Shown here piece after piece: positions 11,500-20,007 of a DNA stretch of 64,000 bases. The DNA comes from Spirochaetia bacterium. GTDB taxonomy: Bacteria; Spirochaetota; Spirochaetia; Treponematales; Breznakiellaceae. Each line of letters starts with the position of its first letter. Position 1 is the first letter of the stretch. The notes beneath the pieces were generated by a model. That model saw nothing but the letters and a program-made list of their open reading frames with translations, was not told the DNA's origin and searched no databases. The DNA lies in NCBI GenBank assembly GCA_026002045.1, contig BOAV01000003.1:5064-69063 (forward strand), read 5' to 3'. The position numbers and the translations under genes were made by a program.

Positions 11500-12664
11500 G
11501 ATAATCGTTGATGATCGACAGCAGGGAATTTTCGCCGGTTTTGACGATGGCCCTTTCCCTTTCAAAACTTTCACGGGAATCCGAGGCATGGGCGGTGTTT
11601 ACCATCACATTGCTGCCGTATTCCCGGCGCACCGTTCCCCCCGGCGCTTTGAGGGGGTCCGTGGGGCCCAGCACGTCCCGGATCTTTTGGATGGCGTTTT
11701 CCCCCTCGTAGACCAGAATCATTGATTTGACGGTCCCCGGCGCTTTCCGTTCTTTTGGCGGGCAGTTGTCGGGCTGTTTGCCGGACATAAAATTGATGAT
11801 CCGGTTGAACTGATCCCGGGCATATTCCACCCCAAAATTGCCGACCAGGGCCTTTTCGCAAGCTTCGCTGAGAAGCACGCCGAATTCCCCTTCAAGCATT
11901 TCCCTTGCCTTTTTCCCGAACACCGGGGCCAGTTTTTCCTCCAAAGCCGCCTCCACGGGGCCGTAGAATTCCAGGGCCTCCTCCAGGGAAAAACAATGCA
12001 CCTTGAGCCCCACGATCCGTAAACCTGTCCGGGAGAACATGTCGATGATGGCCCCCGGTTTTGATGAAGCGTATTGCCAGTTATCGGGCTTGATGATCAC
12101 CAAGGTCTGTTCGATCCGGGAAGGGTCCGGGTACTGAACATTGCTTATGATATTGTCCTGACCCTTGAGGAAGCGGGCAAAGAGTTTCAGGTCCCCATCG
12201 GCCCAGGTTTGACCGCGGGGGGTGAGGACCGCAGGTTCAAAATAGCTTACCCGGTCGTTTCCTTCCCCGGCGAAGATAAGGTCAGAATAGGTATCCCGGA
12301 TAGTTTCCCCGGTAATGGAATCAAATTCCTGATGCTCGGGGTGCAGATGCCCGCAAATGGCCGTCAGTTTGCCGCAGGGGTCTTTCCCCCGGAAGAGGAG
12401 CAGCAGGCTGCGGTGCCGCTTGCCCCCCGAAGGGGCCAGTTTCTGTTCCACATATTCCGCCAAAAGGGTAACGCTGGGGGTTGAATTCTCATTTCGCAGG
12501 GCTGCGGCGTATTCCCGGACAAATTCCTCGTCCGGGGCAATCATCTGGACCCCCACCAGTTCCAGATCCGACTGGGAAAGCAGCCGCGCAATGACCCCCC
12601 CGGTCCGGCTCTTGGCAACCGTGTAGGGGGTTACCAGCACATAAGAAAGGGTTGTGGCTTCCAT
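11489..12664 (-). CDS. nucleoside-diphosphate-kinase-like protein with two degenerate NDK-type domains
   Basis: Two segments resemble the NDK fold: YVLVTPYTVAKSRTGGVIARLL, and TLVIIKPDNWQ...LVYEGENAIQKIRDVLGPTDP...TVRREYG...NTAHASDSRESFERE. This is motif-level similarity only. Confidence 0.45.
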   Translation of the reverse strand: MEATTLSYVLVTPYTVAKSRTGGVIARLLSQSDLELVGVQMIAPDEEFVREYAAALRNENSTPSVTLLAEYVEQKLAPSGGKRHRSLLLLFRGKDPCGKLTAICGHLHPEHQEFDSITGETIRDTYSDLIFAGEGNDRVSYFEPAVLTPRGQTWADGDLKLFARFLKGQDNIISNVQYPDPSRIEQTLVIIKPDNWQYASSKPGAIIDMFSRTGLRIVGLKVHCFSLEEALEFYGPVEAALEEKLAPVFGKKAREMLEGEFGVLLSEACEKALVGNFGVEYARDQFNRIINFMSGKQPDNCPPKERKAPGTVKSMILVYEGENAIQKIRDVLGPTDPLKAPGGTVRREYGSNVMVNTAHASDSRESFERERAIVKTGENSLLSIINDYLKR

Positions 12665-12757
12665 ATGTTCTCCTGTTTACAAATAATTATAACATGAAAA
12701 ATGCTGATTTGAGAAGAAAAATTTACTATAATACGGAGGAACGCCTCACACCCGCCC

Positions 12758-14119
12758 CTAATTCCTGAACGAATGTATCGGCGCCGGAATCCTGCCCCCC
12801 CGTGAAATAAAAGCATCGCTGGAAGCCTTGTGGACTTCCATGATCGGCGCGCCGCCCAGGAGGCCGCCGAACTCGGCCCAGTCGCCGGCTTTTTTGCCGG
12901 GGACGGGGATGACCCGGACGGCGGTGGTTTTGTTGTTCACCATGCCGATGGCCATTTCATCGGCGATGATGGCCGAAATCGTGGAGGCGGGGGTGTCGCC
13001 GGGTAAGGCGATCATGTCCAGGCCCACGGAACAGACGCTGGTCATGGCTTCGAGTTTGTCAAGGTTGATTGAGCCGGAGCGGACCGCGGCGACCATGCCT
13101 TCGTCTTCGGAGACGGGGATGAAGGCCCCGGAGAAACCGCCCACATGGGTTGAGGCCATTACCCCGCCCTTCTTCACCATGTCGGTGAGCATTGCAAGGG
13201 CGGCGGTGGTGCCGTGGGTTCCCGCGGATTCAAGGCCCATCTCCTCAAGGATGCGGGCCACCGAGTCGCCGACCGCCGGGGTGGGAGCCAGGGAGAGGTC
13301 CAGAATGCCGAAGGGAACGCCGAGCCGCTTGGCGGCCTCCATCCCCACGAGCTGGCCCATGCGGGTAATCTTGAAGGCGGTCTTTTTGATGACATCCGCA
13401 AGCTCGTCAAAGCCGGCGTCCCGGTGGGATTCCAGGGCGGCTTTTACCACGCCGGGGCCGGAGACCCCCACGTTGAGGCAGCTCTCCGCCTCGCCGGGAC
13501 CGTGGAAGGCGCCGGCCATAAAGGGATTATCCTCCGGCGCGTTGCAGAACACCACGAGCTTTGCGCAGCCGATGCCGTCACGGTCCGCAGTCCTTTCAGC
13601 GGCGGCCTTGATAATTTCACCCATGCGGCGCACCGCGTTCATGTTGATGCCGCTCTTGCTGCTCGCCACATTCACCGAAGCGCAGACCCGGCTCGTGGAA
13701 GATAAGGCCGCAGGAATGGAACCGATGAGCCGTTCATCACCTTTGGTAAAACCCTTCTGTACCAGTGCGGAAAAGCCCCCCACAAAATCGATCCCCAGTT
13801 CCCCGGCAATTTCGTCCAGGCATTGAGCGTATGGGGTGTAGTCCTCGTCATCGGAGGAAGCGGCAACCAGGGCCATGGGCGTAACCGAAAGCCGTTTGTT
13901 GATGATGGGGATGCCGTACTCGGTTTCAATTTCCCGGCCAACGCTTACCAAAGGACCTGCAAGGCGCAGCAGCTTTTCCCGGATACGCCTGCGGGTTTCC
14001 GCCCCGGAGGATGCGGCGCAGTCAAGCAGGGACACACCCAATGTGATGGCCCGGATATCCAGCTTGTACCGGATAAACATATCAACCGTTTCTTTTATTT
14101 CGTAGGGCGTGAATAGCAT
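12758..14119 (-). CDS. UPF0210 (DUF711) family protein
   Basis: 453 aa. N-terminus [27 protein letters not shown] is typical of UPF0210. It is immediately downstream of an ACT-domain UPF0237 gene, which is a conserved pair. Confidence 0.7.
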   Translation of the reverse strand: MLFTPYEIKETVDMFIRYKLDIRAITLGVSLLDCAASSGAETRRRIREKLLRLAGPLVSVGREIETEYGIPIINKRLSVTPMALVAASSDDEDYTPYAQCLDEIAGELGIDFVGGFSALVQKGFTKGDERLIGSIPAALSSTSRVCASVNVASSKSGINMNAVRRMGEIIKAAAERTADRDGIGCAKLVVFCNAPEDNPFMAGAFHGPGEAESCLNVGVSGPGVVKAALESHRDAGFDELADVIKKTAFKITRMGQLVGMEAAKRLGVPFGILDLSLAPTPAVGDSVARILEEMGLESAGTHGTTAALAMLTDMVKKGGVMASTHVGGFSGAFIPVSEDEGMVAAVRSGSINLDKLEAMTSVCSVGLDMIALPGDTPASTISAIIADEMAIGMVNNKTTAVRVIPVPGKKAGDWAEFGGLLGGAPIMEVHKASSDAFISRGGRIPAPIHSFRN

Positions 14120-14121
14120 TA

Positions 14122-14409
14122 CTAAATCCTGTGCATTGCGCTGAACACGCGCTCGTGCATCAAACTGATGGATACGTTCAGGGTTTCTCCCAATTCCGAC
14201 AATTCAGCCTTAACCGCGTCAAGGGTTTTTGTGCTGGAAGAAAGATCCACCATCATCATCATGACAAAATTTCCCGAAAGGATGGTTTGGCTGATATCTT
14301 CGATGTTAATTTTCCGTTCCGCGAGAAATGCGCTGACCCTGGCGATGATACCGACCTGATCGGTTCCCACCACGGTGATAATTGCGTTCATCTGATTAAA
14401 GGCCCCCAT
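14122..14409 (-). CDS. ACT domain-containing protein (UPF0237 family)
   Basis: About 90 aa, [25 protein letters not shown] fold. Partner of the downstream UPF0210 gene. Confidence 0.7.
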   Translation of the reverse strand: MGAFNQMNAIITVVGTDQVGIIARVSAFLAERKINIEDISQTILSGNFVMMMMVDLSSSTKTLDAVKAELSELGETLNVSISLMHERVFSAMHRI

Positions 14410-14420
14410 TATTATTGTTG

Positions 14421-15518
14421 TTAATCGTTCTCTATCTTGTGTTCGGTGAGGAAGAGATCCAGCACCGTAAGAAACAGTATTACTATCATGGGCCCCAGGA
14501 TAAGGCCGTTGAAGCCGAAGGCGCTCAGGCCCCCCATGATGGCGAAAAAGATGATCAAAGGGTGGAGCTGGATGCGATCCTTTAAAAACATGGGCCGCAG
14601 CACATTATCCAAAAGTGAGATAAAGACGGCGGAAACCACCAGGAAAATCACCCCATTAACCACATCCCCGGTTAAGAGCCGGATAAGCCCCAGGGGCCAC
14701 CACACGAGGCTGCCGCCAACCATGGGAATAAACACGCAGATAAAGGTGAGCATCGCCAATACCAGGGCGCCCTTCACTTCAAAAATAGTAAAGATGATAT
14801 AGGCCATGGCTGCCTGTATCAGGGCCACCATGATGTAGCCGAAAAAGAGGTTCCGGGTAATGTCCATAAATTTACCGGTGAGGGTGGTGATGTATTCTTT
14901 GCGGATGGGAATGGCGTGAAGCACCAGCCGGGAAAGATAGGAACCGTCAATGTAAAAAAAGAAAAGGCAGAAGATCATCAGTATAATGCCAAAGAAAAAG
15001 CTGCCCACATTCATCGCCACAGTAGTACTCAGGGCGAACATGCGCTGCAGGCTGGAATTCAAAAGGTCCACAAGCCGTTTCTGAATCTCATCCCCGGAGA
15101 TGATGATCCGGTCCGCAGAAATATCTTTTATGAGATTAGAAAGATTTGCAAAAAGATCCTGAAGGGCTTCGGGCTTGTCATTAAACACGTCCCGGACAAA
15201 ACGCATCAGATCCAGTATCTGCCGGGAAAAGATGGATGCTACAAAGGTGAGGGGAATCAAAATGATGACTGCGGTACCGACAGCAAAAACCGCCGCCAAA
15301 ATATTTTTGATGATTACCCCGCTGGTTTTGGTAACATCAACATTCCGAATAATCCGGTGATGAATGGGGCTGATCAGCACATAGAGCAGGGTGGACCAGA
15401 GGAGCACCGTGAAAAAGGGCGCAAAAAGCCGGCACACCATGACAAGGAGGAGAATGAGGATACCCCCAAAGACGAAGGTCTGTACCGTCTTGGACGGAGG
15501 CTGGCTGTTATCGCTCAT
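14421..15518 (-). CDS. AI-2E family transporter (PerM/UPF0118-like permease)
   Basis: 365 aa polytopic membrane protein with AI-2E-like topology and sequence. Overlaps the upstream TPR gene by 4 nt. Confidence 0.75.
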   Translation of the reverse strand: MSDNSQPPSKTVQTFVFGGILILLLVMVCRLFAPFFTVLLWSTLLYVLISPIHHRIIRNVDVTKTSGVIIKNILAAVFAVGTAVIILIPLTFVASIFSRQILDLMRFVRDVFNDKPEALQDLFANLSNLIKDISADRIIISGDEIQKRLVDLLNSSLQRMFALSTTVAMNVGSFFFGIILMIFCLFFFYIDGSYLSRLVLHAIPIRKEYITTLTGKFMDITRNLFFGYIMVALIQAAMAYIIFTIFEVKGALVLAMLTFICVFIPMVGGSLVWWPLGLIRLLTGDVVNGVIFLVVSAVFISLLDNVLRPMFLKDRIQLHPLIIFFAIMGGLSAFGFNGLILGPMIVILFLTVLDLFLTEHKIEND

Positions 15519-17569
15519 AAGCCTACCAGTATCCGCTGTGCTTCCGCATTCCCCGGATAGGCCGGATTACGTTTCACCAAATCCTGGAGATACCCCTTGG
15601 CCGCATCGGCTTCCCCAAGGAGGGCGCAGGTTTTACCCAATTGTAAAATGGCCTCCCAGTTGTCACGATCAAAACGCAGCAGTTCCTGGTAGGCGTCCCT
15701 GGCCTTGGGGAGATTTTCCGCCTTCACATAAGCCAATGCAAGGTTGAGCCTTACCGTGCTGTTCCCCGGTTCCTTTGCCAGAGCCTTTTCGTAATGTTCC
15801 ACGCTGGAGGGCCAATTTTCCTGTTTGGCGTATACCTCACCCAGGTTGTTGTTAACCTGAGAATTGGACGGTTCCAGGCGGTACGCTTCGAGTAAATATT
15901 GCAGAGCCTCAGGATACAAACCATTTTCAAGATAAAACCTTCCCAGGTTTATCCGGGGCTTTACATACTTTTGGTCCAGCGCTGCCGCAGTGGCATAGGC
16001 CATGACGACCCCGTCAATATCCCCCACGGCCTCATTGGCCTGCCCCAGGGTATAGGCGTATTCCTTGTTGCCGGGGGAACTCTCCACGGCCTTCCTGGCA
16101 AAGCTGACCGCTTCGGCATTTTTATTCAGGGCGATCTTCACCACCGCCATATTGTAATTGGTCTGATCATCATCTGGATTGATCTGTAAGGCCCGGTTAA
16201 AGGAAGCCTCCGCCGCGGCATAATTTTGAGCGGTGCTCTGGGCCGCGCCCATTTCCCGTAAGGAAGCGATGTCGTTGGGGCTGTACTGCAGGGCCTGGCT
16301 AAAAGAAGCTATGGCCCCGGCGGAATCCCCCTTTGCAAGGAGAATGCGGGCTATCTCCCGGTGGGCCACCGCATAGTCCGCCTTAATGGCTACGGCCTTG
16401 CGGTAGGCATTGAGGGCCTCGTCCTGGCGGCCCAGGACACGGAGGGTGCCCCCCAGGTTATACCAGGCAGGTTCAAAGTCCGGCTTGATTTTGAGGCATG
16501 CCTCGAAGGACTGCCGGGCATCGGCAAAACGGCGGGCATTGAAATGGACCCGCCCCAGCTCAAATGAATACAGATAGTTGGCCGGGTCCAGCTTCACCGC
16601 TTCCTTAAATTCCTCGGTGGCATTATCCCACTGCTTCAAGTCCCGGTATATCTTTCCCAATGTATAATGGGGAAGGGCCTGGGTGGGATCGGCGGCAATG
16701 GCGGCCCGCGCCTGGGCTCCCGCTTCCAAAACGGCCTTGCGGCCTTCTTCGGTATCGCTCTGCGCAGTCCCGGTATCGTACCAGCTTTCGGCTATTTCCG
16801 ACCGTTTCTGCGCCTCAAAACGGGTTTCCCCCGCAGGGACACGGCTCAGGGCATCATTAAAGGCTTTGGCGCCCCCTGCAAGGTCCAGCTTCTCAAGCAG
16901 GGATTGCCCCATGGCTATGAGGTCATTCACCGCCCGCAACTGGGCCTGTCTTTCAGCGGAAAGCCGGGCCATTTCCTCTTCCTGGGCCTTGCGGCGCATT
17001 GCCTCAGCCTCGGCGGCGGCCTTTTTTTCCGCCTCTTCGGCGGCCCTGGCGGAAGCTGCCGCTTCTGCACGCTGCCGGTCTTCCTCGGCGGCCTGTCGGC
17101 GGCTTTCCTCAAGCCTGGTCTGGGCGGCGATCTCTGCGGCGCTGGGCTGCCTGCCCGATGCAAGGGCCTGGGATAGCGCCGCAGTTAAGGCGGCGGTGTC
17201 CGGGCCGGAATATCCCGCTGCGGGGTTATTCCCCCCGACGGCGTTTGCCGCCGCTCGTGCTGCCGCATCCCGTGCAGCCAGCGCAGCCGCACGGGCGGCC
17301 AGCGCTTCGTCCCGAATATCCTTGGCTTCCTGATCGTTTGAATCTTCTATAAGCAGCCGGTCCATAAGATCCAGGGCCCGGTTAAATTCATCCTGTGCAA
17401 TATAGTCCCTGGCAAGCTTTATGATATTCTGCCGTTGGGCATTGCCGCCCTTGTCCCGGTTCCCGAAAAAATTACCCTTCCCAAGCGCCAGAAACCCGCC
17501 ACCGAGAAGCAGAATCAACAATACCGCTGCCGATACGATGAGTATCTTTTTTTTCTTATCGCTTTCCAT
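15515..17569 (-). CDS. tetratricopeptide repeat protein with N-terminal membrane anchor and Ala/Glu-rich coiled region
   Basis: N-terminal TM (ILIVSAAVLLILLLGGGFL), a long Ala-rich low-complexity segment, then more than 10 TPR-like units (AxxNLGxxY patterns). Confidence 0.8.
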   Translation of the reverse strand: MESDKKKKILIVSAAVLLILLLGGGFLALGKGNFFGNRDKGGNAQRQNIIKLARDYIAQDEFNRALDLMDRLLIEDSNDQEAKDIRDEALAARAAALAARDAAARAAANAVGGNNPAAGYSGPDTAALTAALSQALASGRQPSAAEIAAQTRLEESRRQAAEEDRQRAEAAASARAAEEAEKKAAAEAEAMRRKAQEEEMARLSAERQAQLRAVNDLIAMGQSLLEKLDLAGGAKAFNDALSRVPAGETRFEAQKRSEIAESWYDTGTAQSDTEEGRKAVLEAGAQARAAIAADPTQALPHYTLGKIYRDLKQWDNATEEFKEAVKLDPANYLYSFELGRVHFNARRFADARQSFEACLKIKPDFEPAWYNLGGTLRVLGRQDEALNAYRKAVAIKADYAVAHREIARILLAKGDSAGAIASFSQALQYSPNDIASLREMGAAQSTAQNYAAAEASFNRALQINPDDDQTNYNMAVVKIALNKNAEAVSFARKAVESSPGNKEYAYTLGQANEAVGDIDGVVMAYATAAALDQKYVKPRINLGRFYLENGLYPEALQYLLEAYRLEPSNSQVNNNLGEVYAKQENWPSSVEHYEKALAKEPGNSTVRLNLALAYVKAENLPKARDAYQELLRFDRDNWEAILQLGKTCALLGEADAAKGYLQDLVKRNPAYPGNAEAQRILVGL

Positions 17570-17595
17570 TATTTTATACTCCCATCTAAAAAAAC

Positions 17596-18462
17596 TTATT
17601 CAAGCTCGAATTCGCCTTCATACCCCAGCACATCCTCACTTCCTGCGGAAAGCCCCCTGGTATTTTCCGCCGAAGACTGAAGGGAGGCGGAAAGTTCGTC
17701 CATCATGCGCTGCCGCCGTTCTGCCGCGTCTTTCGCGGCATTCTCCGCCGCTATCCGCTGCCGCTCCGCAGTCTCCTCAGCTATTTTCTTCTGCTGTTCC
17801 GCAAAGGCCGCCGCCTGTTCCCGCCGCTGCTCCGCAGCCGCCGCCTCTTCCTTTGCGGCATTCTCCGCCACAATCTTCTGGCGCTCCGCCTGTTCCGCAG
17901 CCTCTTCCTTCCGCCGATCTTCCGCCGTGGATTCCTCCCGGATAAAGGCCATAAGCTGCTCTATCTGGGGGCGTTTGGGGGAATTGGGTTCCAGAATCAG
18001 GAACAGCTCGTAATCGGGCATGGCCGTATTGAGGGACCCGGCCTTGATCCGGGTGTTTCCCCGGTTCAGGTAGGCCGAGGCATAGCCGGGGTCCGCCTCA
18101 ATCGCCTGGGTATAGTACTGCTCCGCAAAAACGGCGCTTCCCTTGATATAATACGCATTACCCAGGTTATAGGCAATGCGGGCCTGCTCGTTCCCTGCCC
18201 GGGGCAGGATCCTCCGGTAGGTGGTGATGGCTTCGTCAATCATGTCCAGCTGCTGATAAACAATACCCAGGTAGAGGAAGGCCTTTACATTGGAGGGGTC
18301 CTGGGCGGTGATTTTTTCCAGAATGGCTTGGGCTTCCTTTGGCTTATTCTGCATAAAAAGCTCTTCCCCCCGGGCAAAATCATCGCTTTGGGCGGAGAGT
18401 ACCCTAACAAAAAGGAGCAGCAAACAGGGAACCAACAGGATTTTTTTCACCATACACCTCAC
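17596..18462 (-). CDS. secreted TPR repeat protein with C-terminal Glu/Ala-rich coiled coil
   Basis: Signal peptide, TPR units (AFLYLGIVYQQL, AYNLGNAYYIKG), and a C-terminal repetitive AEQ/AAEN coiled segment. Confidence 0.75.
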   Translation of the reverse strand: MRCMVKKILLVPCLLLLFVRVLSAQSDDFARGEELFMQNKPKEAQAILEKITAQDPSNVKAFLYLGIVYQQLDMIDEAITTYRRILPRAGNEQARIAYNLGNAYYIKGSAVFAEQYYTQAIEADPGYASAYLNRGNTRIKAGSLNTAMPDYELFLILEPNSPKRPQIEQLMAFIREESTAEDRRKEEAAEQAERQKIVAENAAKEEAAAAEQRREQAAAFAEQQKKIAEETAERQRIAAENAAKDAAERRQRMMDELSASLQSSAENTRGLSAGSEDVLGYEGEFELE

Positions 18463-18532
18463 TCTTAATGTCGGCTAATCAGGGGGAAGGGATTACCGTT
18501 TCATTGATTGGACTTGTCAAGCGGATAACGGG

Positions 18533-18856
18533 TTATTTGCCCTCCTGCCCCAATTCCTTGAGCCTGAAGGCAAGGACCTTCTCCATATCGCTTATCACCA
18601 GTTCCTGAAACTTTTTATTGGCGCCCCCTTCTTCTGACGGAAAGGCCCTGGTTGAAAACAAATCCGGGGCGTCAATCTCCAGGGCGGCGGCGATCCGTTC
18701 CAGCATCTCCGGGGTCGGAAAGCTCCGCTCCTTCTCTATCATACTAATATAGTGGGTCGATGTATTCACCCGTTCCGCCAGTTTTTCCTGCGAAATTCTC
18801 AGGACATGCCGCTGTTCCTTCATGTTAAAGGCCAGTAAGGCCCTAAGACTTGTCAT
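18533..18856 (-). CDS. XRE-family helix-turn-helix transcriptional regulator
   Basis: HTH_3-like: LRISQEKLAERVNTSTHYISMIEKERSFPTPEMLERIAAAL. Confidence 0.75.
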   Translation of the reverse strand: MTSLRALLAFNMKEQRHVLRISQEKLAERVNTSTHYISMIEKERSFPTPEMLERIAAALEIDAPDLFSTRAFPSEEGGANKKFQELVISDMEKVLAFRLKELGQEGK

Positions 18857-18933
18857 AATTTTTAGCTTTAGGTGTATCCAAGGCCTTGAAAAATACAGTT
18901 TCAGTATCTAATATATAACGTAAAATTATATTT

Positions 18934-18951
18934 ATTCATACATTTATGAAT
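18934..18951. promoter_or_regulatory. inverted repeat ATTCATA-N4-TATGAAT in the AT-rich spacer between two divergent XRE regulators (candidate operator)
   Basis: Read directly from the sequence: 7-bp arms with a 4-bp spacer inside an AT-rich region. Confidence 0.3.
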
Positions 18952-19106
18952 GATAATAAATATATCTGATATTTTTTGTAAGGATTTCATGGATTTCCGG
19001 GTTTTTTTATGGCATACCCAGTATTTGTATGAATGCTGATAAAAGACGGCGGGAAAGACCGCAAAGGATGTCGGTTATGAAAAAAGGAAAGAAAATTCTC
19101 GTGGTG

Positions 19107-19214
19107 GGCCTCCTCGGCGGCGCGCCGATCATGGAAGTCCACAAGGCGTCCAGCGATGCCTTTATTGCGCGTGGGGGCAGGATTCCGGCGCCGATACACT
19201 CCTTCAGGAATTAG
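19107..19214 (+). pseudogene. inverted partial duplicate (~108 bp) of the 3-prime end of the UPF0210 gene 12758..14119, including its stop codon
   Basis: Track ORF 19029..19214 ends ...[34 protein letters not shown]. The UPF0210 C-terminus is ...[35 protein letters not shown] manual nucleotide alignment gives about 8 mismatches in about 108 nt. Confidence 0.6.
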
Positions 19215-19323
19215 GGGGAAAATTTTTTTGAGATTGATGACGTATCCGGGCAGAACCGATACCTTCTTTGAAGCGGGCAAGATTATTGCCCAGACCGCCG
19301 CGTCCCTTATTAAGGAAAATTGA

Positions 19324-19872
19324 ATGAATTCTCAAAAAACGCATATCGGCAGCCATATCAGAAAGCTCAGGAAACTTCAGCAGCGGACTTTACAAGATGT
19401 GGCTGATACCTGCGGATATACCAAAAGCCTGCTTTCAAAAATTGAGAGCGGTAAGGTGGTGCCCCCCATTGCGACATTGGTAAAAATCGCCTCCGCCCTG
19501 AACACCAATATTGCCGCATTGATGGCGGAAGGTGATAATATTGATTGTATTTTTGTTCCCGCAAGGCAAAAGGGGGTTGAGCCTGTTCCAACGGAAAGCG
19601 GATATTTCATTCTTCCCCTGGCGGTGGAACTCAAGAAGAAAAAAATGCAGCCCTTTATCTTCACTATCCGGGCGGAGGATCTTAATGATAAAGTTCACAG
19701 CCATCTTGGTGAGGAATTCATTTATATGCTGGAAGGAAAGATGGAATTTCAGGTTGGCCTTAATACATACCGGCTTAAACCCGGAGACAGTCTTTTTTTT
19801 GAATCCGCCCGAGATCACCGAATTTTGAATGTACTATCCGCCAAGGTAAAATATCTGGATATATTCAATTAG
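19324..19872 (+). CDS. XRE-family HTH plus cupin domain transcriptional regulator
   Basis: N-terminal HTH (LQDVADTCGYTKSLLSKIESGK) and a C-terminal cupin-like beta-barrel (GEEFIYMLEGKMEFQV...PGDSLFFES). Confidence 0.8.
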   Translation: MNSQKTHIGSHIRKLRKLQQRTLQDVADTCGYTKSLLSKIESGKVVPPIATLVKIASALNTNIAALMAEGDNIDCIFVPARQKGVEPVPTESGYFILPLAVELKKKKMQPFIFTIRAEDLNDKVHSHLGEEFIYMLEGKMEFQVGLNTYRLKPGDSLFFESARDHRILNVLSAKVKYLDIFN

Positions 19873-19953
19873 AAGAAAATTTTCCTGTCAATGCCGATAA
19901 CTCTCCAAATAAGGATAAAAAAGCTTTTTTTGGCATTTTTTGCGTTTTTTTTC

Positions 19954-19982
19954 TTGACAATTCAACAATGTTGAATAATAAT
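19954..19982 (+). promoter_or_regulatory. sigma70-like promoter (TTGACA, 17-nt spacer, AATAAT) with an embedded perfect palindrome ATTCAACA-A-TGTTGAAT upstream of the ABC importer operon
   Basis: TTGACA at 19954-19959. The 17-nt spacer is itself the 8-bp inverted repeat (19960-19976). AATAAT at 19977-19982. It lies about 25 nt upstream of the SBP start at 20008. Confidence 0.45.
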
Positions 19983-20007
19983 GAATTATCTATATCAGGA
20001 GGAAGGT

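Noticed and set aside
16683-17333. 216-aa Ala/Ser-rich plus-strand ORF inside the large TPR gene
   Set aside because: It is the reverse-frame echo of the Ala-rich coding repeat and is low complexity.
19029-19214. 61-aa ORF as an independent gene
   Set aside because: Its C-terminal two-thirds is a near-identical copy of the UPF0210 C-terminus. I treat it as a duplication fragment or pseudogene and not as a bona fide gene.
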